Shown one piece after another: positions 20,601-30,767 of a stretch of 64,000 nt of DNA. Within the stretch, counting starts at the first letter, position 1. The number at the start of each line of letters is the position of its first letter. Under the pieces are notes generated by a model. It saw only the letters and a list, made by a program, of their open reading frames with translations, made no database searches and was not told where the DNA came from. Where the stretch lies: the IMG/VR virus record IMGVR_UViG_3300045971_000344, positions 186,001-250,000 of that record, one strand, 5' to 3'. The position numbers were made by a program, and so were the translations under genes.

Positions 20601-22941
20601 GTACTACCTCGTCTCCTACTTTTAATTTTGCTTGATTAACATTTGCATTTGTAAGTACAAAGTCCTCACCTAGTTGAACAACATGGTCCCAATAAACATT
20701 GTCACAATAGGTCCAGCCACTACCATTGGGTCTTATTAAGTCACCGTCTGCCCCTGTACTATACTCAATATTTGTCCCAACTGAGATTGAACTTTCTTTG
20801 GATACAATGTTTACACTTTTAACTGGGTCAATATGAATAAGATCGTAACAATCATCTATAAAGGACCCGTTTGCTAAAGCCAGCCTAAGGTCAGCATTAG
20901 CAGTGTCAATACCTACGTCTTTTGCTGAGGCACTACTAAAGGCACCACTAGTATTCCAAACTATTGATCCACTACCAACACCTTCTACATCAATAGTTAC
21001 TTTCTGATTGGCGTTATCGTATGCAACAGTAGCACCATTACCTATAATGTCTACAGTAGAAACTGCAGAACCAATTGAGACTCCGTCTTTCTGGACAGTA
21101 AGTTTATTCAGCCCGGCTGCACCTTGAGGACCTTGTATTCCCATACCAATCGCAGATAGTACTGTCCAATCTGAGGTCGTTGTAGGAACGCTGGTTGCTG
21201 TCTGGACCTTACAAATATAAGATGAACCTTCAAAACTTACTATATCACCTTCATAATAAGTAGTGGCGTCTGCCCAAGTTCCTTTATTGATTAATCCTCT
21301 TTTTGCTAAGATAAACCAATAAGTATCTGCGGCATCAATGGGTGGGGTATGATTAGTATTAGCAGGGACCTTACTCAGATAAGAACTACCTTTGTAAAGA
21401 ACAATGTCATTCTCTTCATACCTAGTAGTTGAATTCCAGTCACCTTTATCAGATACGCCTATTGCTACGCATTCCCAATACTGAGGGCTAGCCGTAGTAG
21501 GATTAATACTTTTGTTTGCCCAGATACAACGCCAAGTACCGTTACCGTAGGTAACTACGTCTTTAACTTGGTAGGTTATATCTGTTGACCAAACACCTTT
21601 AGTTAAATAACTTGAAGGACCAACTACACCTTGGAAGCCTTGTGTACCTTGGTTTCCCTGATACCCTTGAGGTCCTTGGACTGTTGAAGGCAGACCTTGA
21701 TTACCCTGATTACCCTGGTTACCTTGGTTTCCCTGGTACCCTTGAACACCAGTCGCTCCTTGGACTCCCTGTGAACCTGTTGCACCAGTATATCCTTGTG
21801 GTCCAAGTAGACCTTGGGTACCTTGAGATCCTTGTGTACCAGTATCACCCTTCAAACCTTGTACGCCTTGGTCGCCTTTTATAATAGACGCAGGTCCAAG
21901 TGTATTTACGTAGTCATAAGTAGACCCGGTCCAGATATAAAACTTACCGTTATCTCCGTCTGAGGACTGTACGAGTCCAAATTCACCAACTAAAATACCA
22001 GGAGAGTTGTCCGCCTGCAGACTGGACAGACTTGAGTAAACCTTTGCGATTTTAAATCCCGAACCTATGCCACCCTGAACACCGACTTGACCTTGTACAC
22101 CTTGTGTTCCTTGTACTCCTGTCAAGCCCTGGGTTCCTTGAGTTCCCTGTGTACCTTGTGAGCCTTGTGCTCCAGTGTTACCTTGAGGACCTGTTAAACC
22201 TTGTGTTCCCTGGATTCCCTGAAAGCCCTGAGTTCCCTGAACCCCTTGTGTACCTTGTGCACCGTTCAATCCAGTAGAACCTTGCGTACCCTGAGGACCA
22301 GGAACAGTAGAGTCTGCACCAATTTCTCCTTGAGTACCTTGATTACCTTGATTACCTTGATTACCTTGAGGGCCTGGAACAGTAGAGTCTGCACCGATTT
22401 CTCCTTGAGGACCTTGTGTACCTGCATCACCTTGAAGACCGGTAGCGCCCTGTGCTCCAGCATCACCTTGAGGGCCAGCCGAAGTTATTTGTTTCCAAAT
22501 AGCAACATTTGTGCCTGGGTTTACGTTTATGCAATCTACAAGGCAAACCCAACCTAGACTTAAATAAACAACTAGATCTCCAACAACATAAGAATCAGTT
22601 GCTACCCAGTCACCTTTAAGGGCAATACCTTCTCCAGATTGTCCTTGAGGACCAATGGAACCATTTTGTCCGTCAATACCATTGAAGCCCTGGGTTCCTT
22701 GTGCACCTTGAGAGCCTTGACTACCTTGAGGTCCTTGTGTACCAACTGATCCATTTAGACCAGCCGGTCCTTGTGTACCCTGAGGACCTTGAGCTCCACT
22801 ACCAACTAATACTTCAGCGATTCTAGTGTCGATATACGCAGCATCGCTAAGTGTATCAATAAGATCGGTAAAGTCAGTACCTGTAGGCTTATCTCCAGTT
22901 TCAAACCTTGTCTTTAAGACGTCTAATACGACTTTTGACAT
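17680..22941 (-). CDS. Collagen-like (Gly-X-Gln) fibre protein with carbohydrate-binding-like repeats
   Basis: 1753 aa with long GxQ tracts, five KG.W.....Y...D.V.[YF] repeats (CBM5/12-like) and a C-terminal beta-sandwich. Confidence 0.85.
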   Translation of the reverse strand: MSKVVLDVLKTRFETGDKPTGTDFTDLIDTLSDAAYIDTRIAEVLVGSGAQGPQGTQGPAGLNGSVGTQGPQGSQGSQGAQGTQGFNGIDGQNGSIGPQGQSGEGIALKGDWVATDSYVVGDLVVYLSLGWVCLVDCINVNPGTNVAIWKQITSAGPQGDAGAQGATGLQGDAGTQGPQGEIGADSTVPGPQGNQGNQGNQGTQGEIGADSTVPGPQGTQGSTGLNGAQGTQGVQGTQGFQGIQGTQGLTGPQGNTGAQGSQGTQGTQGTQGLTGVQGTQGVQGQVGVQGGIGSGFKIAKVYSSLSSLQADNSPGILVGEFGLVQSSDGDNGKFYIWTGSTYDYVNTLGPASIIKGDQGVQGLKGDTGTQGSQGTQGLLGPQGYTGATGSQGVQGATGVQGYQGNQGNQGNQGNQGLPSTVQGPQGYQGNQGTQGFQGVVGPSSYLTKGVWSTDITYQVKDVVTYGNGTWRCIWANKSINPTTASPQYWECVAIGVSDKGDWNSTTRYEENDIVLYKGSSYLSKVPANTNHTPPIDAADTYWFILAKRGLINKGTWADATTYYEGDIVSFEGSSYICKVQTATSVPTTTSDWTVLSAIGMGIQGPQGAAGLNKLTVQKDGVSIGSAVSTVDIIGNGATVAYDNANQKVTIDVEGVGSGSIVWNTSGAFSSASAKDVGIDTANADLRLALANGSFIDDCYDLIHIDPVKSVNIVSKESSISVGTNIEYSTGADGDLIRPNGSGWTYCDNVYWDHVVQLGEDFVLTNANVNQAKLKVGDEVVLHSTISPTNYGNYEFLKVKEIVSNKIYFTTPKLKNYGTGNDDNGITISGVNTASGRAICTISKVPNWNTVSVGQGATISSRCIAYGGSGTIFFRCNNLVVDGTIDMSNQGLHPVWFNTGMSPDGTAGMPPVDNILNGMGGDISRLAIGGCASGRTGAGVIYITCSGTASVSGSIVSNSGRSNPGVVSSPGTIVLKTKELSNVRMYAYNTQEAQYANGGGVGRIVTIYQTRSPYATTYFKPDSNIVDLEGSYSTTATIVSTNILKDKVVTGLSGFYCTFYDLPDTCTATVQFSTNGVNWGAPTTLNLTNGIDISGITPNGGNFYYKINITGNGSQTPLLAQVSVLYGPTGYYSDTQVWTSAVFGSQDIRLIKPTSLRSVWTGYYNPNPRFRLLGSNDLSFKTSVTYPSTHSWFEEGKYFNIPNGQNIPLSAITSTSYKYWKAQVAMSSGDNPGNTPQIIELEVGYAIDPMVPMANVNYRWKGTWVSGVAYAIGDAVSYNGSSWYCAVATSNASPAIGSSYWMIWASVGSQGPQGTQGLRGPQGTPSNIPGVQGYTGDTGPQGPTGSQGPQGTQGFTGSGVQGATGSQGPQGSVGTQGTQGTQGARGYQGFQGYQGQTGSQGTQGLTGTGAQGASGSQGQQGSAGAQGSQGSQGQTGPQGSVGAASNVQGPQGSQGTQGLTGKNFVASKTYASVAALTADTNPSGILSGEFAIINTGNVQDADNAKVYLWTGSAYQFITDLSGSTGIQGPQGSTGSGSQGAQGAQGSAGLNGTQGQAGAQGPQGAAGSQGSQGSAGLNGAQGQTGSQGPQGYQGNQGNQGSIGTASNVQGPQGYQGNQGNQGNQGVAGAGGVTLTGSETLTNKTLTNPVVTNYVETLYAPAAGASFTMDLANGTMQKFTTNANTTITLPSAVAGKSYTVIVAYGGSHTVTWAGGGTLKWQGGSAPTATSVNSKFDIYVFTSDGTNTFGADGGRNY

Positions 22942-22963
22942 TATGTTTTCTCCTCTTTATTAT

Positions 22964-23344
22964 TTATTGGATAATGAAATTTTGACCTATAATTGCTTGT
23001 CCGATAGGAGGAAGCCCTTGAGGTAAGCCATCAATAAAAGGAACAGTATCAAAAACGGCTGAGGTTACTTGGAATGTAACAGCCGTAGCAAAGTCCTTCC
23101 TACGAATAATTGTCTGAGTATCAGTTACGCGCTTGGTCTCATAGTCAGAACCGGATCCGACTACACCGTTAGTTATCTCAACACTATCAGCGGTAACTGT
23201 AGGAATCTGGGTCAGTCCAATTGGGTCATGCGTGATACAAAGAAACTCCGCATCAGTTGTTAAAGGATCAACACTAGCAATCTGGGCCATACTTGGGTTT
23301 ATCTGTGTTCCGTAAAAAACTTGACTACTTTTCCTATACGTCAT
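22964..23344 (-). CDS. Hypothetical virion protein
   Basis: 126 aa with AAGGAG RBS, inside the fibre cluster. Confidence 0.6.
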   Translation of the reverse strand: MTYRKSSQVFYGTQINPSMAQIASVDPLTTDAEFLCITHDPIGLTQIPTVTADSVEITNGVVGSGSDYETKRVTDTQTIIRRKDFATAVTFQVTSAVFDTVPFIDGLPQGLPPIGQAIIGQNFIIQ

Positions 23345-23357
23345 GTGTTCTACTCCT

Positions 23358-24353
23358 TTATGCTAAGATTAACTTCAATTTCTGGATAAATTTATCGGCC
23401 TTCATTTGATTACAGCATTCTGCGGTTCCTAGAAAACACTGTTCATAATTCCAATAATGGGAAGCCCAGCGAGACTCACAATAAAGGCACTCAAGCTCTG
23501 GTTTAACCACATAGGTAACTCCAGTTGTCCTTATGGGTACCCTATGAATTGCATCTACGGTAGTATACCCACACACTATTGGAACGTCTGTACAGCCAGC
23601 CAAATGTATGGGCCCACTATCAAGTCCTATTACAGCCCTGCTCTTGGACATTATAGTAGCCAGTTCAGAAATGGTCGTTTTGTTTCTCAAGTCTAACCCG
23701 TGTGCTGAAATGTCTTCAGGAAGGTCAGATTTTGGAATCAAATGAGTATCCATATTCATGTCGGTCTTACCAACAAATACTGGCAAGAGATCTTGCTTTC
23801 TGATCCAGGCGGCGATCTCCAGCATATAATCTGCTTTCCACGCTCTAGTCTCATCTCTATAAGTAGAAACCAAAATAACTGCACTAGAGAATGGTCCAAA
23901 TTTATCTATATTAACCTTCTTAAGTGGAACATAATTAAGCTCGTCTAGGGTCAATATTCTATCAGCGAGCTTTATGGATGCAAACTCTGAAAGGTGATAC
24001 ATACGTGGTACATTTCTTAAAATCTTGCCTTGGTTCTTTGCATTTAAGGCCGAAATAGAAAAATCAGCAGGTATCCCCCAATCATTATCCTTATCCTCAT
24101 AATTTCGGAAATTTGAATCCGGAATAAAATGAAAAAACGGTCTAAACATTTGTTTAGCCACAACCATATAGGAACAAGGATCAGTATAATAATTTTCAAT
24201 CATGTACTTTACAACTGGAACCGCCGCTATAGCGTCGCCCATAGCTAAAGTATTCAACATGAAACACGTTGGATTTAATACCCACCTTGTAATATTCTTA
24301 TTAGGAACATTCCATTTATCTATCTTTTGCTTGTGTTCTTCACTAATTCCCAT
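23358..24353 (-). CDS. GT9-family (heptosyltransferase-like) glycosyltransferase
   Basis: Motifs AMGDAI, DLRNKTTISEL and IGLDSGPIHLA, plus a C-terminal C..C...C....C cluster. Confidence 0.85.
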   Translation of the reverse strand: MGISEEHKQKIDKWNVPNKNITRWVLNPTCFMLNTLAMGDAIAAVPVVKYMIENYYTDPCSYMVVAKQMFRPFFHFIPDSNFRNYEDKDNDWGIPADFSISALNAKNQGKILRNVPRMYHLSEFASIKLADRILTLDELNYVPLKKVNIDKFGPFSSAVILVSTYRDETRAWKADYMLEIAAWIRKQDLLPVFVGKTDMNMDTHLIPKSDLPEDISAHGLDLRNKTTISELATIMSKSRAVIGLDSGPIHLAGCTDVPIVCGYTTVDAIHRVPIRTTGVTYVVKPELECLYCESRWASHYWNYEQCFLGTAECCNQMKADKFIQKLKLILA

Positions 24354-24382
24354 CTCGTATCCGCCTCTCTCTCATTTTATAG

Positions 24383-24417
24383 AAAAATAGGAGGGTAGAT
24401 TTGCCTACCCTCCTATT
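24383..24417 (-). terminator. Intrinsic terminator after the EITAR fibre gene
   Basis: Perfect 13-bp stem AATAGGAGGGTAG/CTACCCTCCTATT running into a T run on the minus strand. Confidence 0.7.
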
Positions 24418-24435
24418 ATCCTACTTAGGTAAATC

Positions 24436-27400
24436 TTAAACGTATGCGGCGATGAAGTCGATAATAAGCAGATCGTTTACACCAGGAGCAGTAACAAACG
24501 AAACAGTGTTTCCGCTAACAGTGTAATCGTTAGCAGGGTGCTGACGCAGACCATTGAGGTAAACCTGCTCTGTACCAGCATCAAAAGATACAGAAGTTGT
24601 GAAGTTCATATTGAAACCATCAAGGGCACCACTGAAGATATCATTGATAATTACAGATGCGCGGAATACTGCGGTCTCATCAATTACTTTAATTGCGGCC
24701 GCGCGGGCAGTTACTTCGGTCAACAGATTCGCTGTAAGAGTAGCATCAGCGTTTGTGCGGGCGGTGATCTCAGTGTTCAGGTCAGCAGTCAGAGTACTTG
24801 CGGCACTCAGGCGGGCAGTTACTTCGGTCAGCAGATCTGCAGTCAGAGTAGCATCACCAGCTACGCGAGCAGTAGTCTCGATATCCAGGTTAGCCTGGAG
24901 TGTGCTGTCTGCGCCTGTGCGGGCAGTGATTTCAGTGTTCAGGTTACTCTGAAGAGTATTATCAGCGTTTACTCGTGCGGTGGTCTCGATATCCAGGTTA
25001 GACTGAAGGGTGCTGTCTGCGGACTTACGGGCAGTTACTTCTGTCAACAGATCGGCTGTAAGGGTGTTATCAGCTGCAGTCCGTGCAGTGATTTCAGTAT
25101 TGATAGCTGCAGTACGGTCCAGAACCTCAGTAGCTACTGCATTTGTCCTTGCAGTTACTTCGGTCAGCAGATCTGCAGTCAGGGTAGCATCAGCGTTTGT
25201 GCGACTCGTTATTTCATTGTTAATTGCCGTTGTGAGGTCACCATTAGCATTACTTACTGCATTGATACGGGCAGTGATTTCAATATCCAGGTTGGACTGA
25301 AGAGTGTTGTCAGCGTTTGTCCGTGCAGTTATTTCAGTGTTGATCGCCGCGGTCCGAGCAGTAATATCAGCATTCAACTGACCCAGAGTTACAGGTGCGT
25401 CAGCGTCAACTGCATCCTGAACGTGGACGGAACCATCTGCGTTGATCTTAAGGGCATTTAAACCTGCCTCAGTTTTAACCTGTACGATTTCTGCGGCTGC
25501 AAAACCCGTTACAGGCTGAACGCTTAAGCCTTTTGCTGCACCAGCGGGGCTAAGGTCAAGGTGTTCAGAGTTTGTAACAACAGAGTCGATCTGAGTAGTC
25601 GAACCACTTACGTAGAGCTCACCAGTGATAGTCATGTTACCACTTACATTAACAGGACCGGTCATTGAAGCCGAACCGGTTTCAGAGTCAACCTGGAAGT
25701 AAATAGTATCTTCGGTGTCGTCTGTAATACGGAAGTCTTTACCGGTTGTGAGCTTGATGTTTGCAACTCCACCACCAACAGCTGTCTGATTGTAAATATC
25801 TTGCAGGGTAACTGACTGACGGGCCGTTACTTCGGTTAACAAATTCGCAGTAAGCGTATCATCAGCAGACTTACGGGCCGTTGCTTCTACGTCCAGGTTG
25901 GATTGAAGAGTGTTGTCAGCGTTTGTGCGACTCGTGATTTCACTGTTAATAGCTGCCGTACGGTCCTGAACCTCAGTAGCTACTGCATTTGTCCTTGCAG
26001 TGATTTCAGTGTTCAGGTTAGCTGTAAGGGTGGCATCGCCAGCGATACGGCTCGTAGTTTCTACGTCCAGGTTGGATTGAAGAATGTTGTCAGCGTTTGT
26101 GCGGGCGGTGATTTCAGTATTTAATGCTGCACTACCATCAGTACCTGCACTCAGGCGGGCGGTGATTTCAGTCTGCAAATCAGCAGCCAGAGTAGCATCG
26201 CCAGAGATACGGGCAGTTACTTCGGTCAGCAAATCAGCTGTAAGGGTGTTATCAGCTGCAGTCCTTGCAGTGAGTTCAGTGTTGATAGCCGCAGTACGGT
26301 CCAGAACCTCAGTAGCTACTGCATTTGTCCTTGCAGTTATTTCAGTCTGCAGATCAGCCGTAAGGGTGTTGTCTGCAGTGGTCCGTGCAGTTACTTCTGT
26401 TAACAGATTAGCAGTAACTGTGTTAATGTTACCCTGAAGGGTAGCATCTGCATTTGTACGACCAGTGATCTCAGTCTGCAGATCAGCTGTAAGAGTAGCA
26501 TCAGCGTTTGTACGGGCGGTTACTTCGTTTGCGATAGCTGTAGTAATGTCGCCAGTAATTGTGTTAGACAGGTTATTGATCGCAGTGGTCCGTGCGGTTA
26601 CTTCTGTCAACAGATCAGCAGCCAGAGTAGCATCACCAGCAATGCGTGCGGTTACTTCTGTCAACAGATCAGCTGTAAGGGTAGCATCACCAGCGATACG
26701 TGCAGTTACTTCGGTCAGCAAGTCAGCTGTAAGAGTGTCATCAGCGGCCTTACGGGCGGTTACTTCAATGTCCAGATTGGACTGAAGGGTGCTGTCAGCG
26801 TTTGTACGACTCGTAATTTCAGTATTCAGACCCGAAGTCAGTATAGCATCGCCGGAGATACGGGCAGTTACTTCTGTCAACAGATCAGCCGTAAGGGTGT
26901 TGTCTGCAGTTGTTCTAGCCGTTGCTTCAATGTCCAGGTTAGATTGAAGAGTGTTATCGGCGTTTGTCCGACTCGTGATCTCACTGTTCAGGTTACTCTG
27001 AAGAGTGTTGTCACCAGCAACTCGGCTCGTGATTTCACTGTTAATGGCGGCTGTAAGGTCACCATTGGCATTACTTACAGCGTTCATACGGGCAGTGATC
27101 TCGATATCCAGGTTGGACTGAAGGGTGTTGTCAGCGTTTGCCCGAGCAGTTGCCTCAGTAGAAATTGCGGTAGTAAGGGTAGTTGCAATGCTAGCATCGT
27201 TAGCAATAGCATCAGCAATTTCTTTCAAGGTATCAAGAGCGGCTGGTGCGCTGTTAATAACACCAGCAATAGCTGTACTGATGTTACCATCAGTTTCTAC
27301 TTTGGTGTAAACATCGGCCTTACGATAGGTGTCACCAGCCAGAGTATCAAGGTTACCCTGGATAGTTAGGTCTGCGGCTTTACGGGCCGTGATTTCACTG

Positions 27401-28092
27401 TTAAGATCAGCAGTCAGTGTGTTGTCTGCAGACAGACGGGCAGTGATTTCAGTGTTCAATGCTGCACTGTTATCAGTACCTGCGGATAAACGTGCTGTGA
27501 TTTCAAGGTTCAGGTTTGCCTGAAGAGTATCATCAGCTGCCTTACGGGCTGTGATCTCAGTGTCCAAATTGCTAGTAAGCTGTGAATCACCAGACTGACG
27601 TGCAGTTACTTCGGTCAACAGGTCTGCAGTAAGAGTGGCGTCACCAGCTACTCGGGCAGTGATTTCAGTGTTCAGGTTACTCTGAAGAGTGTTATCACCA
27701 GCTACGCGAGCCGTTGTTTCTACATCTAAGTTACTCTGAAGAGTAGCATCACCAGCGATCCTGGCAGTTACTTCAGTCAGCAGATCTGCAGTCAGGGTAG
27801 CATCTGCATTTGTCCTTGCGGTTGCTTCTGTGTTAAGATTACTCTGAAGAGTGTTGTCTGCGGTGGTCCGGGCAGTTAGTTCTGTCAACAAGTCAGCAGT
27901 AAGGGTGTTCGATGCGGAAGTACGCGCAGTGATTTCAGTATTAATATTAGCTTGGAGATTGTCCAGGCTAGTACCAAGTCCTTCGATCTTGCTCTGCTTA
28001 ATACCGGCAGCGTTAATGATCTGACTATCGGTAATACCTTCCAGTGTAGTTGCGACAGCAATTTGACTGGCTTTAATCTGTGTAATAGACAT
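24436..28092 (-). CDS. Long coiled-coil repeat fibre protein (EITAR/EVTAR repeats)
   Basis: 1218 aa with dozens of mostly 18-aa L.TE[IV]TAR..AD.TL repeats, the fibre motif AP.ALDTLKEIA, and a C-terminal VYLNGLRQ...DY domain. Confidence 0.85.
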   Translation of the reverse strand: MSITQIKASQIAVATTLEGITDSQIINAAGIKQSKIEGLGTSLDNLQANINTEITARTSASNTLTADLLTELTARTTADNTLQSNLNTEATARTNADATLTADLLTEVTARIAGDATLQSNLDVETTARVAGDNTLQSNLNTEITARVAGDATLTADLLTEVTARQSGDSQLTSNLDTEITARKAADDTLQANLNLEITARLSAGTDNSAALNTEITARLSADNTLTADLNSEITARKAADLTIQGNLDTLAGDTYRKADVYTKVETDGNISTAIAGVINSAPAALDTLKEIADAIANDASIATTLTTAISTEATARANADNTLQSNLDIEITARMNAVSNANGDLTAAINSEITSRVAGDNTLQSNLNSEITSRTNADNTLQSNLDIEATARTTADNTLTADLLTEVTARISGDAILTSGLNTEITSRTNADSTLQSNLDIEVTARKAADDTLTADLLTEVTARIAGDATLTADLLTEVTARIAGDATLAADLLTEVTARTTAINNLSNTITGDITTAIANEVTARTNADATLTADLQTEITGRTNADATLQGNINTVTANLLTEVTARTTADNTLTADLQTEITARTNAVATEVLDRTAAINTELTARTAADNTLTADLLTEVTARISGDATLAADLQTEITARLSAGTDGSAALNTEITARTNADNILQSNLDVETTSRIAGDATLTANLNTEITARTNAVATEVQDRTAAINSEITSRTNADNTLQSNLDVEATARKSADDTLTANLLTEVTARQSVTLQDIYNQTAVGGGVANIKLTTGKDFRITDDTEDTIYFQVDSETGSASMTGPVNVSGNMTITGELYVSGSTTQIDSVVTNSEHLDLSPAGAAKGLSVQPVTGFAAAEIVQVKTEAGLNALKINADGSVHVQDAVDADAPVTLGQLNADITARTAAINTEITARTNADNTLQSNLDIEITARINAVSNANGDLTTAINNEITSRTNADATLTADLLTEVTARTNAVATEVLDRTAAINTEITARTAADNTLTADLLTEVTARKSADSTLQSNLDIETTARVNADNTLQSNLNTEITARTGADSTLQANLDIETTARVAGDATLTADLLTEVTARLSAASTLTADLNTEITARTNADATLTANLLTEVTARAAAIKVIDETAVFRASVIINDIFSGALDGFNMNFTTSVSFDAGTEQVYLNGLRQHPANDYTVSGNTVSFVTAPGVNDLLIIDFIAAYV

Positions 28093-28195
28093 GTGATCTC
28101 CTTAAAATTTTGTTTTTATTATCATTTAAAACCCTCTCTCTTTCTTTCGCTCACTCACTCACGAACTCACACGTTCTCTTTTTACACTCAGTTTA

Positions 28196-28414
28196 CTAAC
28201 TCATGAATTGGCGCAACCCCATTACAAGTGAATCATGAACTCTACAACAAGAATTAGCATATTCAATTTCCAACTCTCCCTTTGTCCTCTCGTTACCGTC
28301 ATCGTCCATTGCCTCTAACCTAAACATTCTGTTTTCAAAACTAAGTAGTTTATGCCCCCGCATCTTAATATATGCAGCTAAACCTAAGTCCCTTGTCTCA
28401 ATCGCGCTAGTCAT
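28196..28414 (-). CDS. Small hypothetical protein (DUF5659-like)
   Basis: T.DL.LAAY motif; AGGAG RBS. Confidence 0.55.
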   Translation of the reverse strand: MTSAIETRDLGLAAYIKMRGHKLLSFENRMFRLEAMDDDGNERTKGELEIEYANSCCRVHDSLVMGLRQFMS

Positions 28415-28433
28415 CTGCTTGGTCTCCTGTTTA

Positions 28434-29099
28434 TTATGCTTTATTATAGTCGATTACTAAAACGTCATCTAATTGCGGGGGATCCATAAGAAGAATGGAG
28501 GTATTTGTTTCTTCAAAATAGTCTTCACCTGGTAATATTCGCAGACCGTTCAAACTAACTGTAACTGAACCGGATCTAAATGCCGGTAGAATATAGGACT
28601 GGTTGAATCCGTCTATTGCGCCTGTATAAGTTCCTCCATAGATTCGGTTATTAACTAGATCTGTAATTGTCCCACCACTTATGGTTACGATCGCTGTATC
28701 CATTAAGTCAGTTTGATAATTACGGACCGCTGTAAGAAAATCAGAAGAGATATTAAAGAGTAAAAAATCTGGAATCTGAATAAGACCAGAATGATTGGGT
28801 CTACCAATTATGCCTTCAAAAGATTGTGGATCATAGATAGCATCCATAGGATATTCTTGTCTTACGGTTATAACAACTGTAGGTGGATTGCTGTTGTCAT
28901 CAACTGAAATAACATGATAACGTAAAACCTGAGGATAAAATGCAGGCACTCCATTGGAATAAAAAATATCTCCTATCTGGACGTCTCCTGAATAGTATAC
29001 TCCTGTGTTATCAACTACATTTCCAGTAATCTGAAAATCACCAGGCGGATCAAGCGCAGTCACGCCTTGCACTATAAAGGAGGCATTAAATTTACTCAT
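28434..29099 (-). CDS. Virion protein; paralog of 30768-31346 with a C-terminal domain shared with 24436-28092
   Basis: G.VVDNTGV...GD..YS N-terminal motif; GAIDGFN...LNGLR..PG.DY C-terminal motif. Confidence 0.7.
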   Translation of the reverse strand: MSKFNASFIVQGVTALDPPGDFQITGNVVDNTGVYYSGDVQIGDIFYSNGVPAFYPQVLRYHVISVDDNSNPPTVVITVRQEYPMDAIYDPQSFEGIIGRPNHSGLIQIPDFLLFNISSDFLTAVRNYQTDLMDTAIVTISGGTITDLVNNRIYGGTYTGAIDGFNQSYILPAFRSGSVTVSLNGLRILPGEDYFEETNTSILLMDPPQLDDVLVIDYNKA

Positions 29100-29112
29100 A
29101 GTGAGCCCCCCC

Positions 29113-29697
29113 TTAAAATGCTATGTTCATTATGTAATTCATATTCGCTGTAAGGCCTGTAATCTGAAGAGTGTTTTGTGCTGTATTCCAGTTTATCGCA
29201 CCAACTGCCGCTCTAGACCCAGGTGTATCCCTAAAACAAATATATTGAATTGCATAATAGCTAGAGCCAGTACCTACACCAAATCCAGACGGAACGGTAA
29301 CAAGAAAGTTAGTATTAGTTGAAAGCTGAGTTGAAGTTAAATACAGAGAAGCTGTTATTATTTGTACTCCAACGGGAACAGTAATAACTGCAGTTGGAGG
29401 ACTTCCACTTATTGTAATATCTACTCCTGACCCTGTAGCTAATACCTGACAATTTGGGCTCGATGCTGTTGCGTATCTTGTTATAGACGCACCACCACCA
29501 GCTTGTCCCTGAAAACCTTGTGCTCCTTGGTAACCTTGCGCTCCCTGCGGTCCCTGCAATCCTAAGGCTTCTAAGGATTGTCCCACTCCCTTACCCATGA
29601 ATAATTGTTTAGTATCAAGGGTTAAAAGCAATTCACCAAGATCAGCGGAACTAGGTAGGTTGGCAAAATTACCCCTTTTTAAGAGTATTTTTGTCAT
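29113..29697 (-). CDS. Fibre protein with Mtd-N/hyaluronidase-N-like domain and short collagen segment
   Basis: ILLKRG...LGELLLTLDTKQLFMG followed by GxQ triplets. Confidence 0.7.
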   Translation of the reverse strand: MTKILLKRGNFANLPSSADLGELLLTLDTKQLFMGKGVGQSLEALGLQGPQGAQGYQGAQGFQGQAGGGASITRYATASSPNCQVLATGSGVDITISGSPPTAVITVPVGVQIITASLYLTSTQLSTNTNFLVTVPSGFGVGTGSSYYAIQYICFRDTPGSRAAVGAINWNTAQNTLQITGLTANMNYIMNIAF

Positions 29698-29711
29698 TAT
29701 TAAACCTCACG

Positions 29712-29746
29712 GTGGAGTGCAGTGAGCATTACTCACTGCACTCCAC
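29712..29746. repeat. Perfect 15-bp inverted repeat (hairpin without U-tract)
   Basis: GTGGAGTGCAGTGAG-catta-CTCACTGCACTCCAC. Confidence 0.85.
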
Positions 29747-29757
29747 TAACCTTTAGA

Positions 29758-30702
29758 TTAAAATGCTCCGCCGTCTACGGTACCAACTGAAAGTACACCT
29801 GTTGTAAAGACCAAACCATCACCAGCGACTGTTGGGTCAAGTTGGAAGTCATTAACGCTTTTTGTTACACCGGTTGATGCTGTGTAGGTAACTATGGCCG
29901 ACATACGGGCTGTGATCTCAGTGTTAAGGGCAGCTTGAAGAGTACTATCAGCAGATGTCCGGGCAGTGATTTCAGTGTTCAAGTTAGAGGTTAAGGTACT
30001 GTCCGCACTTGTACGGGCCGTGATCTCAATGTCCAGGGCAGCTGAAGTAGCTTTGTCGCCTACAGATGTAAGAAGTGTACTAAGGGTACCTTCATCTGCC
30101 TGAAGAGCGGTAGCAAGTTCTTGGAGGGTATCAAGAGTAGCTGGGGCAGTACCAACCAGATCAGCAATAGCAGCCTTACGAGCAGTTACTTCAGTATCAA
30201 TTGCTGCTTGAACTGTTGAAACCGCGGATGTTCGGGCCGTGATCTCAATCAATAAATCAGAGGCTACTGTACTAACTGCAGAAGTCCGTGCAGTGATTTC
30301 AGTCAACAGGTCCGCTGCTACAGTACTAACTGCAGAAGTCCGGGCGGTGATTTCGGTATTAAGGGCCGTAACATCTGCTTTTCCATCCAGTGCTGATTGG
30401 AGCGCAGTACTATCTGAAGGTACACCAGTCAAGGACGCAAAACTCGCGGCCGCTGCTTCAGGTGCAAGAATAACCCAAGTAGTACCGTTATGACGCTTCA
30501 TTACGTTATTAGTTGTGTCTACCCACAAGCGGGTAGTATCGGAGGGGGCTGAGGTAGCAAAGTTTACATCTGTAACTTTAGCAACGCCTGTACCCGTACC
30601 GATATAAAGTTCATTAGTGTCGGTAGTTACCAACGGTTCACCGACAGTTGCAGTTGCAGGAAGATTGGCTTTCAAACCACGCTTTAGTAGAACTTGTGTC
30701 AT
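29758..30702 (-). CDS. Fibre protein with Mtd-N-like domain, EITAR repeats and C-terminal DGG motif
   Basis: VLLKRG...GEPLVTTDTNELYIG, EITAR repeats and APATLDTLQELA; ends VDGGAF. Confidence 0.75.
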   Translation of the reverse strand: MTQVLLKRGLKANLPATATVGEPLVTTDTNELYIGTGTGVAKVTDVNFATSAPSDTTRLWVDTTNNVMKRHNGTTWVILAPEAAAASFASLTGVPSDSTALQSALDGKADVTALNTEITARTSAVSTVAADLLTEITARTSAVSTVASDLLIEITARTSAVSTVQAAIDTEVTARKAAIADLVGTAPATLDTLQELATALQADEGTLSTLLTSVGDKATSAALDIEITARTSADSTLTSNLNTEITARTSADSTLQAALNTEITARMSAIVTYTASTGVTKSVNDFQLDPTVAGDGLVFTTGVLSVGTVDGGAF

Positions 30703-30738
30703 GTTTATTTCTCCTTTTTTGTCTTTTTATTATTCGTA

Positions 30739-30754
30739 AGTAAATTACGAATTT
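30739..30754 (-). promoter_or_regulatory. Putative phage late promoter (identical to 11278-11293)
   Basis: AAATTCGTAATTTACT, about 40 nt upstream of the 30702 start. Confidence 0.5.
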
Positions 30755-30767
30755 CAAATATTGATTG

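Noticed and set aside
28130-28195. CT-rich/GTGA-repeat intergenic tract upstream of the EITAR gene
   Set aside because: It is short and low-complexity, with no structure or recurrence I can support.
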